From contig NW_024056013.1 in NCBI RefSeq assembly GCF_902713615.1, forward strand, positions 746,773 to 810,772: a stretch of 64,000 nucleotides of DNA, in the 5' to 3' direction. Made by a program: the position numbers and the translations under genes. How positions within the stretch are numbered: the first letter of the stretch is position 1; each line of letters begins with the position of its first letter. Below are positions 11,500 to 24,785 of this stretch, one piece after another. The notes under the pieces were generated by a model. It was not told where the DNA came from, did not search any database, and worked only from the letters and a program-made list of their open reading frames with translations. This DNA is from Scyliorhinus canicula. Lineage: Eukaryota.

Positions 11500-12670
11500 A
11501 GCTATCGCGCATCCTGAAGGCCGCCTTGGAGAACGCTTACCCGGAGATCAGAGGCTGAATGCCCTTGACTGCTGAAGTGTTCCCCGACTGGAAGGGAACA
11601 TTCCTGCCTGGTGATTGACGCGCGATACCTGTTCATCCGTTGTCACAGCGTCTGCATGTTCTCGCCAATGTACCACGCTTTGGGACATCCTTTCCTGCAG
11701 CGTATGAGGTAGACTACATGGCCGAGTCGCACGAGTATGTGCCGCATACCTGGTGGGTGGTGTTACCACGTGTAATCGTGGTCTCCATGTCGATGATCTG
11801 GCATGTCTTGCAGAGATTGCCCTTGCAGGGTTGTGTGGTGTCGTGGTCGCTGTTCTGAAGACTGGATAGTTTGCTGCAAGCAATGGTTGTTTGAGGTTGC
11901 GTGGTTGTTTGAAGGCAAGTAGTGGGGGTGTTGGGATGACCTTGGCAAGATGTTCATCTTCATTGATGACGTGTTGAAGGCTGCGAAGAAGATGTTGTAG
12001 TTTCTCCGCTCTGGGAAAGTACTGGACGATGACGGTTGCGTCCCGTGTTTGCTGTGGCATGTTAGAACTGTCGATCGATGAGTCAGCGCCATATCCGGTT
12101 CGTACGAGGGCATCTTTCACCATCTGTAGATGTCGGTTACGCTCCTCCTCGTCTGAGCAAATCCTGTGTATATGGAGGGCTTGTCCATAGGGGATGGCTT
12201 CTTTAATGTGTTTAGGGTGGAAGCTTGAGAAGTAGAGCATTGTGAGGTGACCTGCAACAACGCAGAATCGCCGAGCAGCAAATTATAGTCAAGTTCCTCA
12301 CACATGTGTGTGGCCTCAACCGGGGCATGGGATGCATGTCACATTGCATTCATCCCCCACCATCTGGCCTGGGCTTGCGAAATCCGACCAACTGTCCTGG
12401 CTTGAGACAATTCACACCTCTCTAACCTGGATTTACCCCAATCTCTGGATCTGTAAAAAGTAATTACCTACAAATGCTCGCATTCTAAACATTGTCTTGC
12501 ATCTTTTGAATTTGTCAATATATATGTTTCTGGAACATACCTCTTCATTCACCTGAGGAAGGAGCAGTGCTCCGAAAGCTAGTGTTTGAAGGAACCTGTT
12601 GGACTTTAACCTGGTGTTGTAAGACTTCTTACTGTGCTCACCCCAGTCCAACACCGGCATCTCCACGTCA
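11500..12670. mobile_element. Penelope-like retroelement, 5'-truncated and internally inverted
   Basis: Minus-strand ORF 11548-12240 (FHPKHIKEAIPYGQALHIHRICSDEEERNRHL..FKQPRNLK) resembles the Penelope RT thumb/GIY-YIG region. The 3' end (QRRIAEQ..GLNR, pLTR) is on the plus strand at ~12252-12670. Confidence 0.8.
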
Positions 12671-14744
12671 CGATTAATATTGGTATTGTCTCGCACAGTA
12701 ATAACTAAAACAGAGAGAAGCGCATCATTTACAGGTACAGAAACTGGTATTAAATAAACAGAGCCAGCGGTGAACCGGAATTACTAAAACAGAGCCTTGA
12801 TTAATACAAGTGGAGACAGTGCAGTGCCATGGAAACCGAGAATTTCCTCCCACAGTCCAAAGATGCGCAGGTTAGGTGGATTGGCCATTCTAAAGATTTC
12901 CCTGAGTGCTGCAAAGGTTAAGTGGGGTTATGGGGATAGCGTGGAGAATTGGTCCTCAGTGGGGTGCCGTTTTGGAGGGCCGGTGCAGACTCGATAGGCC
13001 GTCTGGCCTCCTTCTGCACTGTCGGGATTCTATGATTCTATGAAAAGACCGGGATTTACAATAACTGGGGCACGGTTCTAATGCAGGGGTTACTGTTACA
13101 GAGTAAATATTCATAATAACGGAGACAGGGTGTGCAGCAATGATTCATGGAGGGGTGTCCAGAATCAGGGACACAGTCTGAGGATATAGATGAGGAGAAA
13201 TTTATTGACGCAGAGTGGTGAGCCTGTGGAATTCTCTACCATACAAAACAGTTGAGGCCAAAACATTGTATATTTGCTGGAAGGAATTATATATAGTTAT
13301 TGTGGATATAGGGATCAAAGGATATGGAGGGAAAGCGAGAATAGTTACTGAGTTGGATGATCAGCCACGATCAGAATGAATGGAAGAGCAAGGTCAAGGG
13401 GCCGAACGGCCTACTCATTCACCTATTGTCTCTGCTTCTATACTTCTGTGGTTCTATGTAATGCAACAAAGCCTAAATTATATGTAAACTGAAACAGGGT
13501 CTCGTACAGTAATTCCTGATACAGGGTCTACGTTAATATAAACGGAGACAAGGTCGAGTGCAGTGATTTCTGATGGGCGGGGGGGGGGGGGGGCTGTCTT
13601 CAGTAATGTAAATGTAGACAGGCTTCTAGAGCACTAATTGCTGATAGAGCGTCGAGATTAATATAAAGTGAGACAGATTCTAGTGCCGTAATTATTGATG
13701 CAGGGTCACTCTAGATTAACGAAAACTGAGATAATATCTAATGCAGTGATTACTGATTCAGGGTATACATTCGTACAAAGCGAGGCAGGGTCGATTGCAG
13801 GGTCGGCCCAAGATTAATGTTTATCAATGTAGGGCCGAGTGTGGTGTTCACCGTTACGCGGTTGAGATTATATACATTAAGACATATATCCTTTTTTTCC
13901 TGAGCCTTTGTGTGTGTGGACATTTTCACACCAAACTCCTGCACAAATAATTGCTTTGTTTTATACGCCAACTAATTGGATGGAGTATGGGGAACTTTAC
14001 TCTCCACATACCCTGCGTTTCTCCTGCTCTGCAAGTATCTGATAGTCCGCCAAAAAGGAAGCTTTACTCTGTTCCTCACATGCGCTTTACCTGTCCTTCA
14101 CATGGTAGATGGCGGATGTTGTGGAGGGGCTTTGATCTGTACTGTATCTGTCCTTTGAGTATTTGAGGGGAGATTATTAAGGGAGGTTTACTCAGTAACT
14201 AAATGTTTACTGTTGGGGCCCTGGGAATATATAACGGGACAGGTTTTAGGAAGTTTTATTCTTTATCGAAACCTGTGATGCATTTGGCCTGAGAGTGTTT
14301 GCTGGTTCAGAGTGCAGGACGCTTTGCTCTGTATGCAACCCCGTACTGTACTTGGCCTGCGAAAATTCGACGGAATAGTTTAGACAAGTAGAGTGTTACT
14401 AAAGCTGTCCTTGGAATTCTGATGGGACACGGGGAATGGAAAGGTCTGGGACAAATATCTTAACGTCTGTGTCATATATGAAAAGTGAGGAAATTTGATG
14501 CTCAGGCGAATAAAGGAGCAGAATGTGTACAACAGTGACTAAGGGACAGAATACAGTGTACCTGTTAACAATTGTTTCAGATTGGGTGGGATACAGAGTG
14601 TTATTCTCCAGTGGGTAATATTAGCAGCACTGATTTTCTGTTATATATTAATAGACAGGGCTCGGGACTCGGGTTCACAGGATATCAATTGAAAAGTTGC
14701 ATTTGTCTCCCAAATTGACAATGTAGTAAACAGGGAAGAGGATT

Positions 14745-15195
14745 ACATACATAGATACATAGAAGTTAGGATCAGGAGGAGGCCTTTTGGCCCTTCGAGC
14801 CTGCTCCACCATTTATCACGATCATGGTTGATCATCCAACTCAATAGCCTAATCCAGCTTTCTCCCCACAGCCTTTGATCCCATTCTCCCCAAGTGATAT
14901 ATCTAGCCGCCTCTTGAACATTTTCAATGTTTTAGAATCAACTATTTCCTGTGCTAATAATTTCCACAGGCTCACCACTCTTTGGGTGAAGAAATGTCTC
15001 CTCATCTCTGTCCGAAATGAATCCTAAATACTCAGACTATGGCCCCTAGTTCTGGACACACCCATCATTGGGAACATCTCCCTGCATCTACACTGTCTTG
15101 TCCTGCTGGAATTTTATACGTCTCTATGAGATCCCCATTCATTCTTCTGAACTCCAGCGAGAACAATCCTTACGTAGTCAATCTCTCCTCAGATG
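14745..15195 (-). mobile_element. CR1 LINE 3' fragment
   Basis: CATAGA-repeat tail and GGCCTTTTGGCCCTTCGAGCCTGCTCC stem, as in the other CR1 3' ends here. Confidence 0.75.
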
Positions 15196-15399
15196 ACAAT
15201 ACCGCCGTCCTTGGTGTTGTAACAAGGATGCGTCCAGCCTAGCTGCAACAGGTCACTGGCTTTTTCATGTACACAGGCAGATAGATGACAGATAAAATTC
15301 AATGCTGAGAAATGATGCATTAAAACGAAATATTGGGGGGAGGGCGGTCGGTTGTATGAAAAATTAGAAAACCAAAGTTAAAAGAGAAGGTGAGAGTGC

Positions 15400-16430
15400 A
15401 GGCTAATGATCAGGATTATAACCGAGTAAAATGGGCCGAGGGCTCAAGGAAGGTTAGTAAAATTTCCAGAACACGTGCTAGAGTATGGATAGTGGCATGT
15501 ATGCAACTTCAGGCACAGCAGAAAAAGGGACAACGATGAGAAGGGATGGTCAACGCAGAACTGAGGGTGTTGTACCTAAATGTGGGCAGTATACGGAACA
15601 AGATAAATGAACTCATTGCGCACATTGAAATTGGCATGCATGGACAAAGGGGCATTGCGAGTAAGGAATGAAATTAACTCAATAGCAAGAAGCAATTTAG
15701 TGTCCGAAAGTGTAGAATCCCTGAGGGCAGAGTTGACGAATCTCAAAGGAAAAAAGACCCTGATGAGAGGTACGTACAGCCCCCTAGCCGTAGTCAGAAT
15801 GTGGGGCACAATATCAATCAGCAGATAGAAAATGCACATAATGGAGGAAATATTACAATCATCATGGGGGACTTCAATATGGAGGAGGACAGGGAAGTCA
15901 ATTTGGTAGCAGATCCCAAGAAAAGGAATTTGTGAAATATCGACGAGATGTTTTTTTGGAGCAACTTGTGATATATCCCAGTCGGGAACTGGCAATTCTG
16001 CATTTGGTGATATGGAATGAGGTAGACTTGAGTAGGGAACTTAAGATGAAGGAACACTCACGGGGCAGTGACCACAATATGATAGAATTCACCCTGCAGT
16101 TTGGGAGGTAGAAGCTGGAATCAAATGTAACGGTATTCCAATTGAATAAAGGTAACTACAAAGATAAAGGGAGGAGCTGGCCAGGTTTGATTGGAAAGGG
16201 AGCCCAGCAGGGAAGACAGTGGAACAGCGGTAGCAGGACGTTTTGGGGATTATTCGCGAGGTACTACAATAATTAATCCCAAAGAGGAGGAACCATGCTA
16301 AGGGGAGGACATGGCATCCATGGTTGACAAAGGAAGCCAAGGACAGCATAAAAGCAAAGGAATAAGCAAACAATGTGGCGAAGATTAATGGGATGCCGGA
16401 GGATACGGAAGCCTTTAAAAGCTGATGTAA
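15400..16430 (+). mobile_element. CR1 LINE ORF2 AP-endonuclease region, degenerate
   Basis: LRVLYLNVGSIRNKINELIAH, IIMGDFN and SDHNMIEF motifs with stops and frameshifts. Confidence 0.8.
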
Positions 16431-16469
16431 TGTAAAAGCTGATAAAGATTTTTATTATTATTTTTGAAC

Positions 16470-17410
16470 TAAGGGCATTAATGCTACGTTTTCAGATGAT
16501 GCTCAGATACGTAGAGGGACAGATTGTGCTGAGGAAGCAGAGAGGCTGTAGAAAGACCTGGTCACGCTATGAGAGTGGGCAAAGCAGTGGCAGATGGAAT
16601 ACAATGTAGAAAAGTGTGAGGTTCTGAACTTTGGAGGCAACAGAGAGTATTTTCTAATTGGGGTAAGGCTGAGGAAATCAGAAGCTCAAATGCACTTAGG
16701 AATTCTAGTTGACGATTCTCTTAAGGTTAACATGCAGGTTCAGTTGGCAGCTGGGAAGACAAATGCAATGTTAGCATCCATGTTGCGAGGGCTAGATTAC
16801 AAGAGCAGGGATGTAACTGCTGAGGCTCTATAAGGCTCTGGTCAGACCCCATTTGGAATATTGTGAGCAGTTTTGGTCGCCTTATCTAAGAAACGATGTG
16901 CTGGCCTTGGAGAAGCTCCAGAGGAGATTCACAAGACTGATCCTCGGAATGACGGACTTGTCATATGAGGAGCGGTTGAGGACTCTGGGCCTGTACTTAA
17001 TAGAGATTAGAAGGATGAGGTGCTGTGAGGGGAGTGGGGCGCGGGGCGGGGGTGGGGGGTGGGGATGGGGTCACATTGAAACTTACAGAATAGCGAGAGG
17101 CCTAGTAGGTGAAACTAGAACCCGAGGGCACAGCCTCAGATTTAAGGGACGATCCTTCAAAACTGAGAAGAGGATAAATTTATTCAGCCAGGGGGTCTTG
17201 AATCTGTGGAACTCATTCCCGCAGAAGGCTGCGGAGGCCAAGTCACTGAGGGTCTATAAGATAGAGGCAGGCAGGTTATTGATTAATAAGGGGACCAGGG
17301 ATTATGGGGAGAAGGCGTGAGAATGAGGATTAGAAACATAACAGTCATGATTGAATGCGGAGCAGACTCGATGGACTGAAAGGCCGGGTTCTGCTCCTAT
17401 GTTTTATGGT
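16470..17410 (+). mobile_element. CR1 LINE ORF2 RT C-terminal region, degenerate
   Basis: WQMEYNVEKCEV and LEYCEQFWSPYLRNDVLALEKLQRRFTRLI. Confidence 0.85.
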
Positions 17411-17562
17411 TTTATGGTAGGAAGACAATCTATGGACGATATTAGAACAGATAGGTGCTTGATTGCCGTCGGAGAGATGATGGATGGAAGGGCATATTTC
17501 TGTACTGTACAACTCTCAGACTCCATGACCCTATGACAGAGTCTAAAGCAATGATCACTAAT

Positions 17563-18897
17563 ACAAAGAACAAAGAAAATTACAGCACAGGAACAGGCCC
17601 TTCGGCCCTCCCAGCCTGCACCGATCCAGATCCTTTATCTAAACCTGTCGCCTATTTTCCAAGGATCAACTTCCCTCTGTTTCCCGCCCGTTCATATATC
17701 TGTCCAGAGTCATCTTAAACGATGCTCTCGTACCGGCCTCGACCACCTCCGCTGGCAAAGCATTCCAGGCACCCACCACCCTCTGCGTAAAATACTTTCG
17801 ACGCACATCTCCCTTAAACCTTCCCCCTCTCACCTTGAAATCGTGACCTCTTGTAATTGACACCCCAACTCTTGGAAAAAACTTGTTGCGATCCACCCTG
17901 TCCATACCTCTCATAATTTTGTAGACCTCAAGCAGGTCCCCCCTCAACCTCCGACTTTCCAACGAAAACAATCCTAATCTACTCAACCTTTCTTCATAGC
18001 TAGCACCCTCCATACCAGGCAACATCCTGGTGAAACTCCTCTGCACCCTCTCTAAAGCATCCACATCCTTCTGGTAATGTGGCGACCAGAACTGCACGCA
18101 GTATTCCAAATGTGGCCTCACCAAAGTCCTATACAACTGTAACATGACCTGCCGACTCTTGTACTCAATACCCCGTCGGATGAAGGCAAGCATGCTGTAT
18201 GCCTTCTTGACCACTCTATCGACCTGCGTTGCCACCTTCAGGGTACAATGGACCTGAACTCCCAGATCTCTCTGTACATCAATTTTCCCCAGGACTCTTC
18301 CATTGACCATATAATCCGCTCTTGAATTAGACCTTCCAAAATGCATCACCTCGCATTTGCCTGGATTGAACTCCATCTGCCATTTATCTGCCCAACTCGC
18401 CAATCTAACAGTATTTTGCAGTATTCTCTGACAGTCCTCCTCGCTATCTGCAACTCCACCAATCTTAGTATCATCTGCAACATGCTCATCAGACCACATA
18501 TACCTTCGTCCAGATCATTTATGTATATCAAAAACAACAGTGGTCCGAGCACGGATCCCTGTGGAACACCACAAGTCACCATTCTCCATTTTGAGACACT
18601 CCCTTCCACCACTACTCTCTGTCTCCTGTTGCCCAGCCAGTTCTTTATCCATCTAGCTAATACACCCTGAACACCATACTTCACTTTTTCCATCAATCTG
18701 CCATGGGAAACTTTATCAAACGCCTTACTGAGGTCCCTGTATATGACATCTACAGCCCTTCCCTCATCAATTAACTTTGTCACTTCCTCAAGGAATTCTA
18801 TTAGGTTTGTAAGACATGACCTTCCCTGAACAAAACCATGCTGCCTATCATTGATAAGTCTATTTTCTTCCAAATGTGAATAGATCCTATCCCTCAG
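17563..18897 (-). mobile_element. Relatively young CR1 LINE 3' part (reverse transcriptase)
   Basis: ORFs 18346-18873 and 17666-18499: [56 protein letters not shown]; one frameshift; ACAAAGA tail. Confidence 0.95.
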
Positions 18898-18929
18898 GGG
18901 TACATGGTGTAGATTAACCTAAATTGAGA

Positions 18930-19105
18930 TTGAAATGAAATTAAATGAAAATGGCTTATTATCACGGGTAGGCTTCAATGAAGTTACTGAGAGAAGGCCC
19001 TAGTCGCCACATTCCGGCGCCTGTCCAGGGAAGTGAACCGCGCTGCTGGCCGACTTGGTCTGCTTCAAAAGCCAGCGATTTAGCCCAGTGAGCTAAACCA
19101 GCCCC
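18930..19105 (-). mobile_element. SINE family A
   Basis: Same core. Confidence 0.8.
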
Positions 19106-21003
19106 TGGAAATCGTGCGGTGATTACTGATACAGGGTCTAGATGAACATAAACTGAGACAGGTTCTAGTGCAGCGATTACTGATACAAAGTTTCATTAAC
19201 TTAAATGAGATAGGATCTAAAGCAGTGATTATTCATACAGTATCTAGAATATTATAAACTGAGGTAGGGTCAATTGCAGTCATTCCTGGTCAAGGTCTGA
19301 ATTAATATACGTGTAAAGGGCCAGATTATTAAAAACCTGGTTGACGAGGCAGGTTATGGGATGATTTTAATAAGGGAATTGAGGTAATGAGGAGTAGGGA
19401 ATGAATACCAGAGCTGAGGACCGAGACATATGAAGATATCGCAAAATCAACCAAATAATTCTGAAGATAACAATACGTCTTGATCGATTGGAGTTGCAAA
19501 AATTAAGAAAATGTTTCACATACACACCTACACGAATGGCCAATACCCTTTTGTAGCGATTTTAGTTGCTCTTCTTAACGAGATGAGTGTTGTATGATTG
19601 GGTGGACATTTCTCCTATGGGTGCCCACCATTACCATCGTGGCGATACTGTGAGAACACGGTTCTGTCTAACTCTGCCAGTGCACAGGTGATCGGTTAAT
19701 ATAAATCGATGCAGGAAAATAATCATCATCGTGAAAAAAAACTTTCCAATCGATAGAGTATAACACAAGAGTAAATTCATAATTTTGAACAAAACAGAGA
19801 TTTCCACGAAATTTTGGAAATTGAATGCACCGGTGTTCACATGTAGACATGTCTCACAAGACCAATTCATTACAGGGATGTTGGTAAAGTATTCAACTCA
19901 ATATTGCCCACATGATAGCAGAGGAAATACACATTTAATAGAACTACTTATAGATATTAACATGAATTAACATAATCTGAAAATCAACGATGATTGTACT
20001 TGGAGAAACAAGCAAACATGTCCAATAATTTATAATATCCAGACAGGTAACAGGAACATGGTCTGGTGTAATATCAACAGAGACAGGCCTTGGCGTGATG
20101 TGAAGATGTAAATTCCTGTGGAATATCATAGAGGCGGAACTTAGTGTGATCTAATCCTATGTATGTTCTAGCATATTATTAATTGAGTGCAGCACAAACA
20201 GTACAGTGTAGTGTAGACAGGGACAGGGGTTACTTTAATAGAAATAAAGACAGGGTCTCATTTAACATGAGAATAAACATGATGTAATACAGTGACAGAG
20301 AAAATAGAGCAGGGGTAGACCATTCTGTCCTTCGAGCCTGCTCCGCTATTCATTCTGATCATGGCTGCTCATCCACTTCAGTAACCTGTTCCCACTTTCC
20401 CCTGTTTCATTTGGTCCCTTCAGAGATTTCATCCCCAAGAGCTTTATCTAACTCCTCCTTGAAAACATACAATACTTTGGAGTCAACTTTGTTCTATGGT
20501 ATAGAATTCCACAGGGTCACAACTCCCAGGGTGAAGATATTACTTCTCGTCTCAGTATTAAATGGTTTACCCCGTATCCTTAGATTGTGACCCCTGGTTC
20601 TACCTTCCCCGCCATCGGACACATCCTTTCTGCATCTTCCCTGTCCAGTCCTTTTACAATTTGATAGGTTTATAATGAGGGGGAAATTAATATTTCATGA
20701 ATTAGTGTCTTCTGATTTCTGACCCTCCTGCCAGTGAATCAACTTTCTTCCTAATTAATCAAACAAAGCCATTCATAATTTTGACCATTTTTACCACGCC
20801 TCCCAAAAACTGCTTGGTTCGAAGGAAAACATTCCGAGCTTCCAACCGCTGTGACCGTGCAGCTCATGCAGTGTGAAGACCCAGTTGTATATATGTTTCT
20901 CCCTTGCTTGTGCTCAGATGCTATTTTTGGAATTACTGACATTTTATATGGAGCCAGTGGAATTCCCGTTCACCATTACCATCGTGTCCGAATTAGACAC
21001 AAG

Positions 21004-21216
21004 ACGGTGGTGCAGTGGTTCGCACTGCTGCCTTACAGTGCAGAGGTACCAAGTTCGATCCCGACTCTCGGTCCCTGATCGTGTGAAGTTTGCACATTCT
21101 CATTGTGTCTGCGTGGGTTTCACCCCCAAAACCCGAAGATGTACAGGGTAGGTGGATTAGCTGCGCTAAATTGCCCCTTGATTTGGAAAACAATAATTGG
21201 GTACTCTAAATTTATA
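21004..21216 (+). mobile_element. HE1-like SINE, short form; present in copy A only
   Basis: GGTGGTGCAGTGG..AGTTCGATCCCG; absent at the matching position in copy B (~25860). Confidence 0.8.
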
Positions 21217-22280
21217 ACAAGAATAAGACACAAGACTAATAAAAGACTAGCCCCTGGAAATTAAATTGACCCATATCAGGCGGGACCCAGAATTAGAACT
21301 TTAGATACACTGACCAATATTTGAGAATATAATGTCAACATGCAAACCATGATAGGTTAACAGTCTTGTCTCAGTGGAATCAATGTCACCTCTCACAACA
21401 GATACCTGAGCCCATGATCCAGATGTGATCCAATGCAGGAGTATTTTATGTTTCAGTTGCTCCATCTTTTAGATGTGATGATATTAGTCTTAGGGCTGGT
21501 TCGCAACATTATTACTGGACTGGTAATCTGGAGGCCTGAACTATTACTCCAGAGACTCGAGTACAAATTCCACCAGGGCATATTGCAATGATGTGAACAG
21601 TTTTGGTCTACTTACCTCAGGATAGATATTTTTGAGGCAGTCCAGAGAAGGTTCATTAGGTTAATCTCGGGTATGGATGGATTTTCATCGGTAGCTGGAA
21701 TTTCACAGCACAGAAAGAGGTTCTTCGGCCCATCGTTACTGCGCCTGTCATCAAATAGAAAAGAATCCGGCCCTGGATAGTCTTGAAACACAGACCTCTC
21801 GGTTTGCAGCGAAAAACGTTGACCAATTGCACCACAGAGACTGACATGTGGAGAGTTTTAGTAGGGAAGACCGACACGCATTGGAGTTTAGAAGAATGAG
21901 AGGCGAACTGACTGAGATATGTAGTATTTTCAAGGAGCTTGACAGTGTGGATGCTAGAGGTTGTTTCTGCTTGTAGGAGAGTCTGGGACCGTAGGGCACC
22001 ATCTCAGAGTGAGGTGTCGTTCATTTCAGACGTGGATGAAGAGGAATTTCGTCTCCCAGAGGGGAGTAATTCTATGGTGCAGAGAATTGGAGAGGCCGGG
22101 TCAATAAATATGTCCAAGACTGAGACAGACAGATTTTTCATTAGTAAGGGAAGCAAGGGTTATGGGGATAAGGCGGAAAAGTGGAGTTGAGGATTTATTA
22201 GATCAGCCACGATCTCATTGAATGGCAGATCATATTCCATGGGCCGAATTGCCACCTTCTGCTCCTACATCTTATGGTTT

Positions 22281-22458
22281 GAAAATGAAAATCGCTTATT
22301 GTCACGAGTAGGCTTCAATGAAGTTAATGTGAAAAGCCCCTAGTCACCACACTCCGACACCTGGCCGGGGAGGCTGGTACGGGAATCGAACCGTGGTGCT
22401 GGCCTGCTTAGTCTGCTTTAAAAAGCAGCGAATTAGCCCAGTGAGCTAAATCAGCCCC
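22281..22458 (-). mobile_element. SINE family A; copy A only
   Basis: Same core; TGGTTT on both flanks; absent in copy B (~27035). Confidence 0.85.
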
Positions 22459-24504
22459 TGGTTTTATGGCAGCTGGGGGACTTTCAGTTGAATGAATTAA
22501 TAAATCAGAAATAAAATTGTTGCGTCATTCATAATACTCATGAAGCTCTTGAAATTTCCCAAAGCCCAGCAGGTTCACCAATATCCTTCAGGAGAAGAAA
22601 TCTTCCCTCCTTACCCTGTCTGGCCTCTATGTGTCTAGTTCAGTTGTGATGTGGTTGACGCTTAACTATCTCTGATATTGCCGAGCAAGCCAATCAGTTC
22701 AAGGTTTGCTGCCACAGAAAGTCAGATGTGAATTCAACCGTATGAAGTGCACCTTATCTAAAAGGTGGTTCACATCCGGCTTCTCAGGATGGGCAGTTAA
22801 TGCTGACTTTGCCAGTGACCCGGGATTGAATGTTAAAAACTGTGCAAAGTGCTGCAGATTCCAGAAATCTAAAACAAAAACAAAAAAAGGCTGCTCAGCA
22901 GGTCAGTGAGCATCAACAGAGGGAGAAACAGATTCGCATTTCAGGTGGATTACCTCATTGACATAATTCTAAAGGGCAGAGCTGCTTTTCCCAGTATCTT
23001 CGACCAATGTCCGTTCTTGAACTAAAATCACAGATTAGTCGGTCACTTAACACATCTCCATTTGTGGGAGCTTGCTGCGCACAAATTCCCTGCTCTGTTT
23101 CCAACATAAGAGCAGTGACTAAATTCAGTAAAAATACATCAGTGAGTTTTAAGGGCGTTGGGATGATCTGAGTTCGGGTAAAGCGGTTTACAAAAGCAAG
23201 CTCTTTCCAAATGTTAACATTTTAAAATGCAGGTTGTAATATGTTGAAAGATCTGAGATTAATGTGACGATCGGTCACTCCTCTGCTTGATGTTTTAATT
23301 TATCTCCTTTAAATCGGTTAATGTTTCAATTAAATTAATATTCAGTGGAATAACAGCCTGGTTAAAGATGATTTATTAATTGAGGCATCAGAACTTTCAG
23401 AATTAATACTTAATTTAACTTTATTTTTTCATTTCAATAAAGTAACATCTGTTCTAATGGATGTTTCTATACGTTTCAACCAACTGTCAATATTCTTAAA
23501 ATAAACCGCTATTTTAAGTTGAACTTAATCAATAAATGACTGTTCGTTTTGTTGATACGAACACTTCATTGTAACCAGTGAGGTGTTTATGTAAATAAAA
23601 ACAGAAATAGAAGTCTCAGATTAGATTATACACTGACAAAAGCACAACAACTATTTCCCCACCGATACAGCACTGAAATAGAGGCAAAGACGCAAATAGA
23701 TCAACGGATTCCAGTAATGATTGTTTTTGACATTTGATTCTTCGTCAGTTATATGAGAAAAAGATCATCATGATATCCATGTTCAGAATTAGGAAAGATT
23801 CCCTCTAATCTCGAAATATAATGACACGCCAAATGTGTTAGTAGAGTTTTCCAGTTCTCCTGTATCTGATATCTGTCCCTTTTTCCTAACTGGTTCTGTC
23901 TCATGTCTCTCCACGATGGGTCATTGCCTTTAATCGACAACATGAAGCCAACATGTGCCGAATATAATCTCTCAGCCCAATCTCACCCCATTGGCTTCCA
24001 ACTAAATGGATCGAATCAGGTTAATTGGAATACATAGAGGGAGTTTTACTCTAAAATGTGGTTGGAGCATTCAATTACCTTGCAGTGTTTAATGAGAACT
24101 GTAGAGAAAAATTTACCCTGTATCTAACCTGAGCTGAACAGGGTGGTGAGGATTTGATGTGGCAGTGCCGAAGGATCTTTCCCTCTTTCTAAACAGGCTA
24201 ACAGAGATAGATAGTTTCTAGATTAATAAGGGGATCAGGGGTTCTGGCGAGAAGGCAGGAGATAGGCTATTAGAAACATAACAGTCATGATTGAATGCGG
24301 AGCGCACTCGATTGGCCTAATCGTCGAATTCTGCTCCTGTGCCTTATGGTTTTATGGTAGGAAGACCATCTATGGACTATCTTACAATAGACAGGTACCT
24401 GATTGCCATCGTAGATATGGTGGGTGACGGGCATCTTTCTCTATTGTAAACCTCTAACTCTCCATGACTCCATGCCAAGGTCTAAAACGATTATTACTCA
24501 TATG

Positions 24505-24785
24505 GGGTGGAGATTAACCTAACTAATCTAATAATATTTGTTTCACAAGTAAGCTGACATTAGCCCTGCAATGAAGTCACTGTGAAAAGATCCCAGTCGC
24601 CACATTCCGCCACCTGTTTGGGTACACAGACGGAGAATTCAGAATGTCCAAATTACAGAACTGCACATCTTTCGGGACTTGTGGGAGGAAACCGGAGCAC
24701 CCGATGGAAACCCCCACAGACACGGGGAGAACGTGACAACTCCGCACTGACTGGGACTCTGGCGCTGTGAAGCAACAGTGCTACT
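24505..24785 (-). mobile_element. SINE with HE1-like head and family-A-like 3' body
   Basis: GTCGCCACATTCCG core plus GTGGGAGGAAACCGGAGCACCCG. Confidence 0.7.

Larger units (their letters stand above)
17270..24200. repeat. Tandem segmental duplication, copy A (interrupted by later LINE/SINE insertions)
   Basis: 17270-17560 matches 24200-24500; 19108-20120 matches 24795-25780; 20920-24190 matches 25780-28890. The blocks are collinear and visibly diverged. Confidence 0.85.

Noticed and set aside
19330-20130. Hydrophobic minus-strand translation reminiscent of a GPCR remnant (also 25000-25780)
   Set aside because: Many stops, no convincing DRY/NPxxY motifs, and T-rich DNA naturally translates as hydrophobic. 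BLASTX would be needed.
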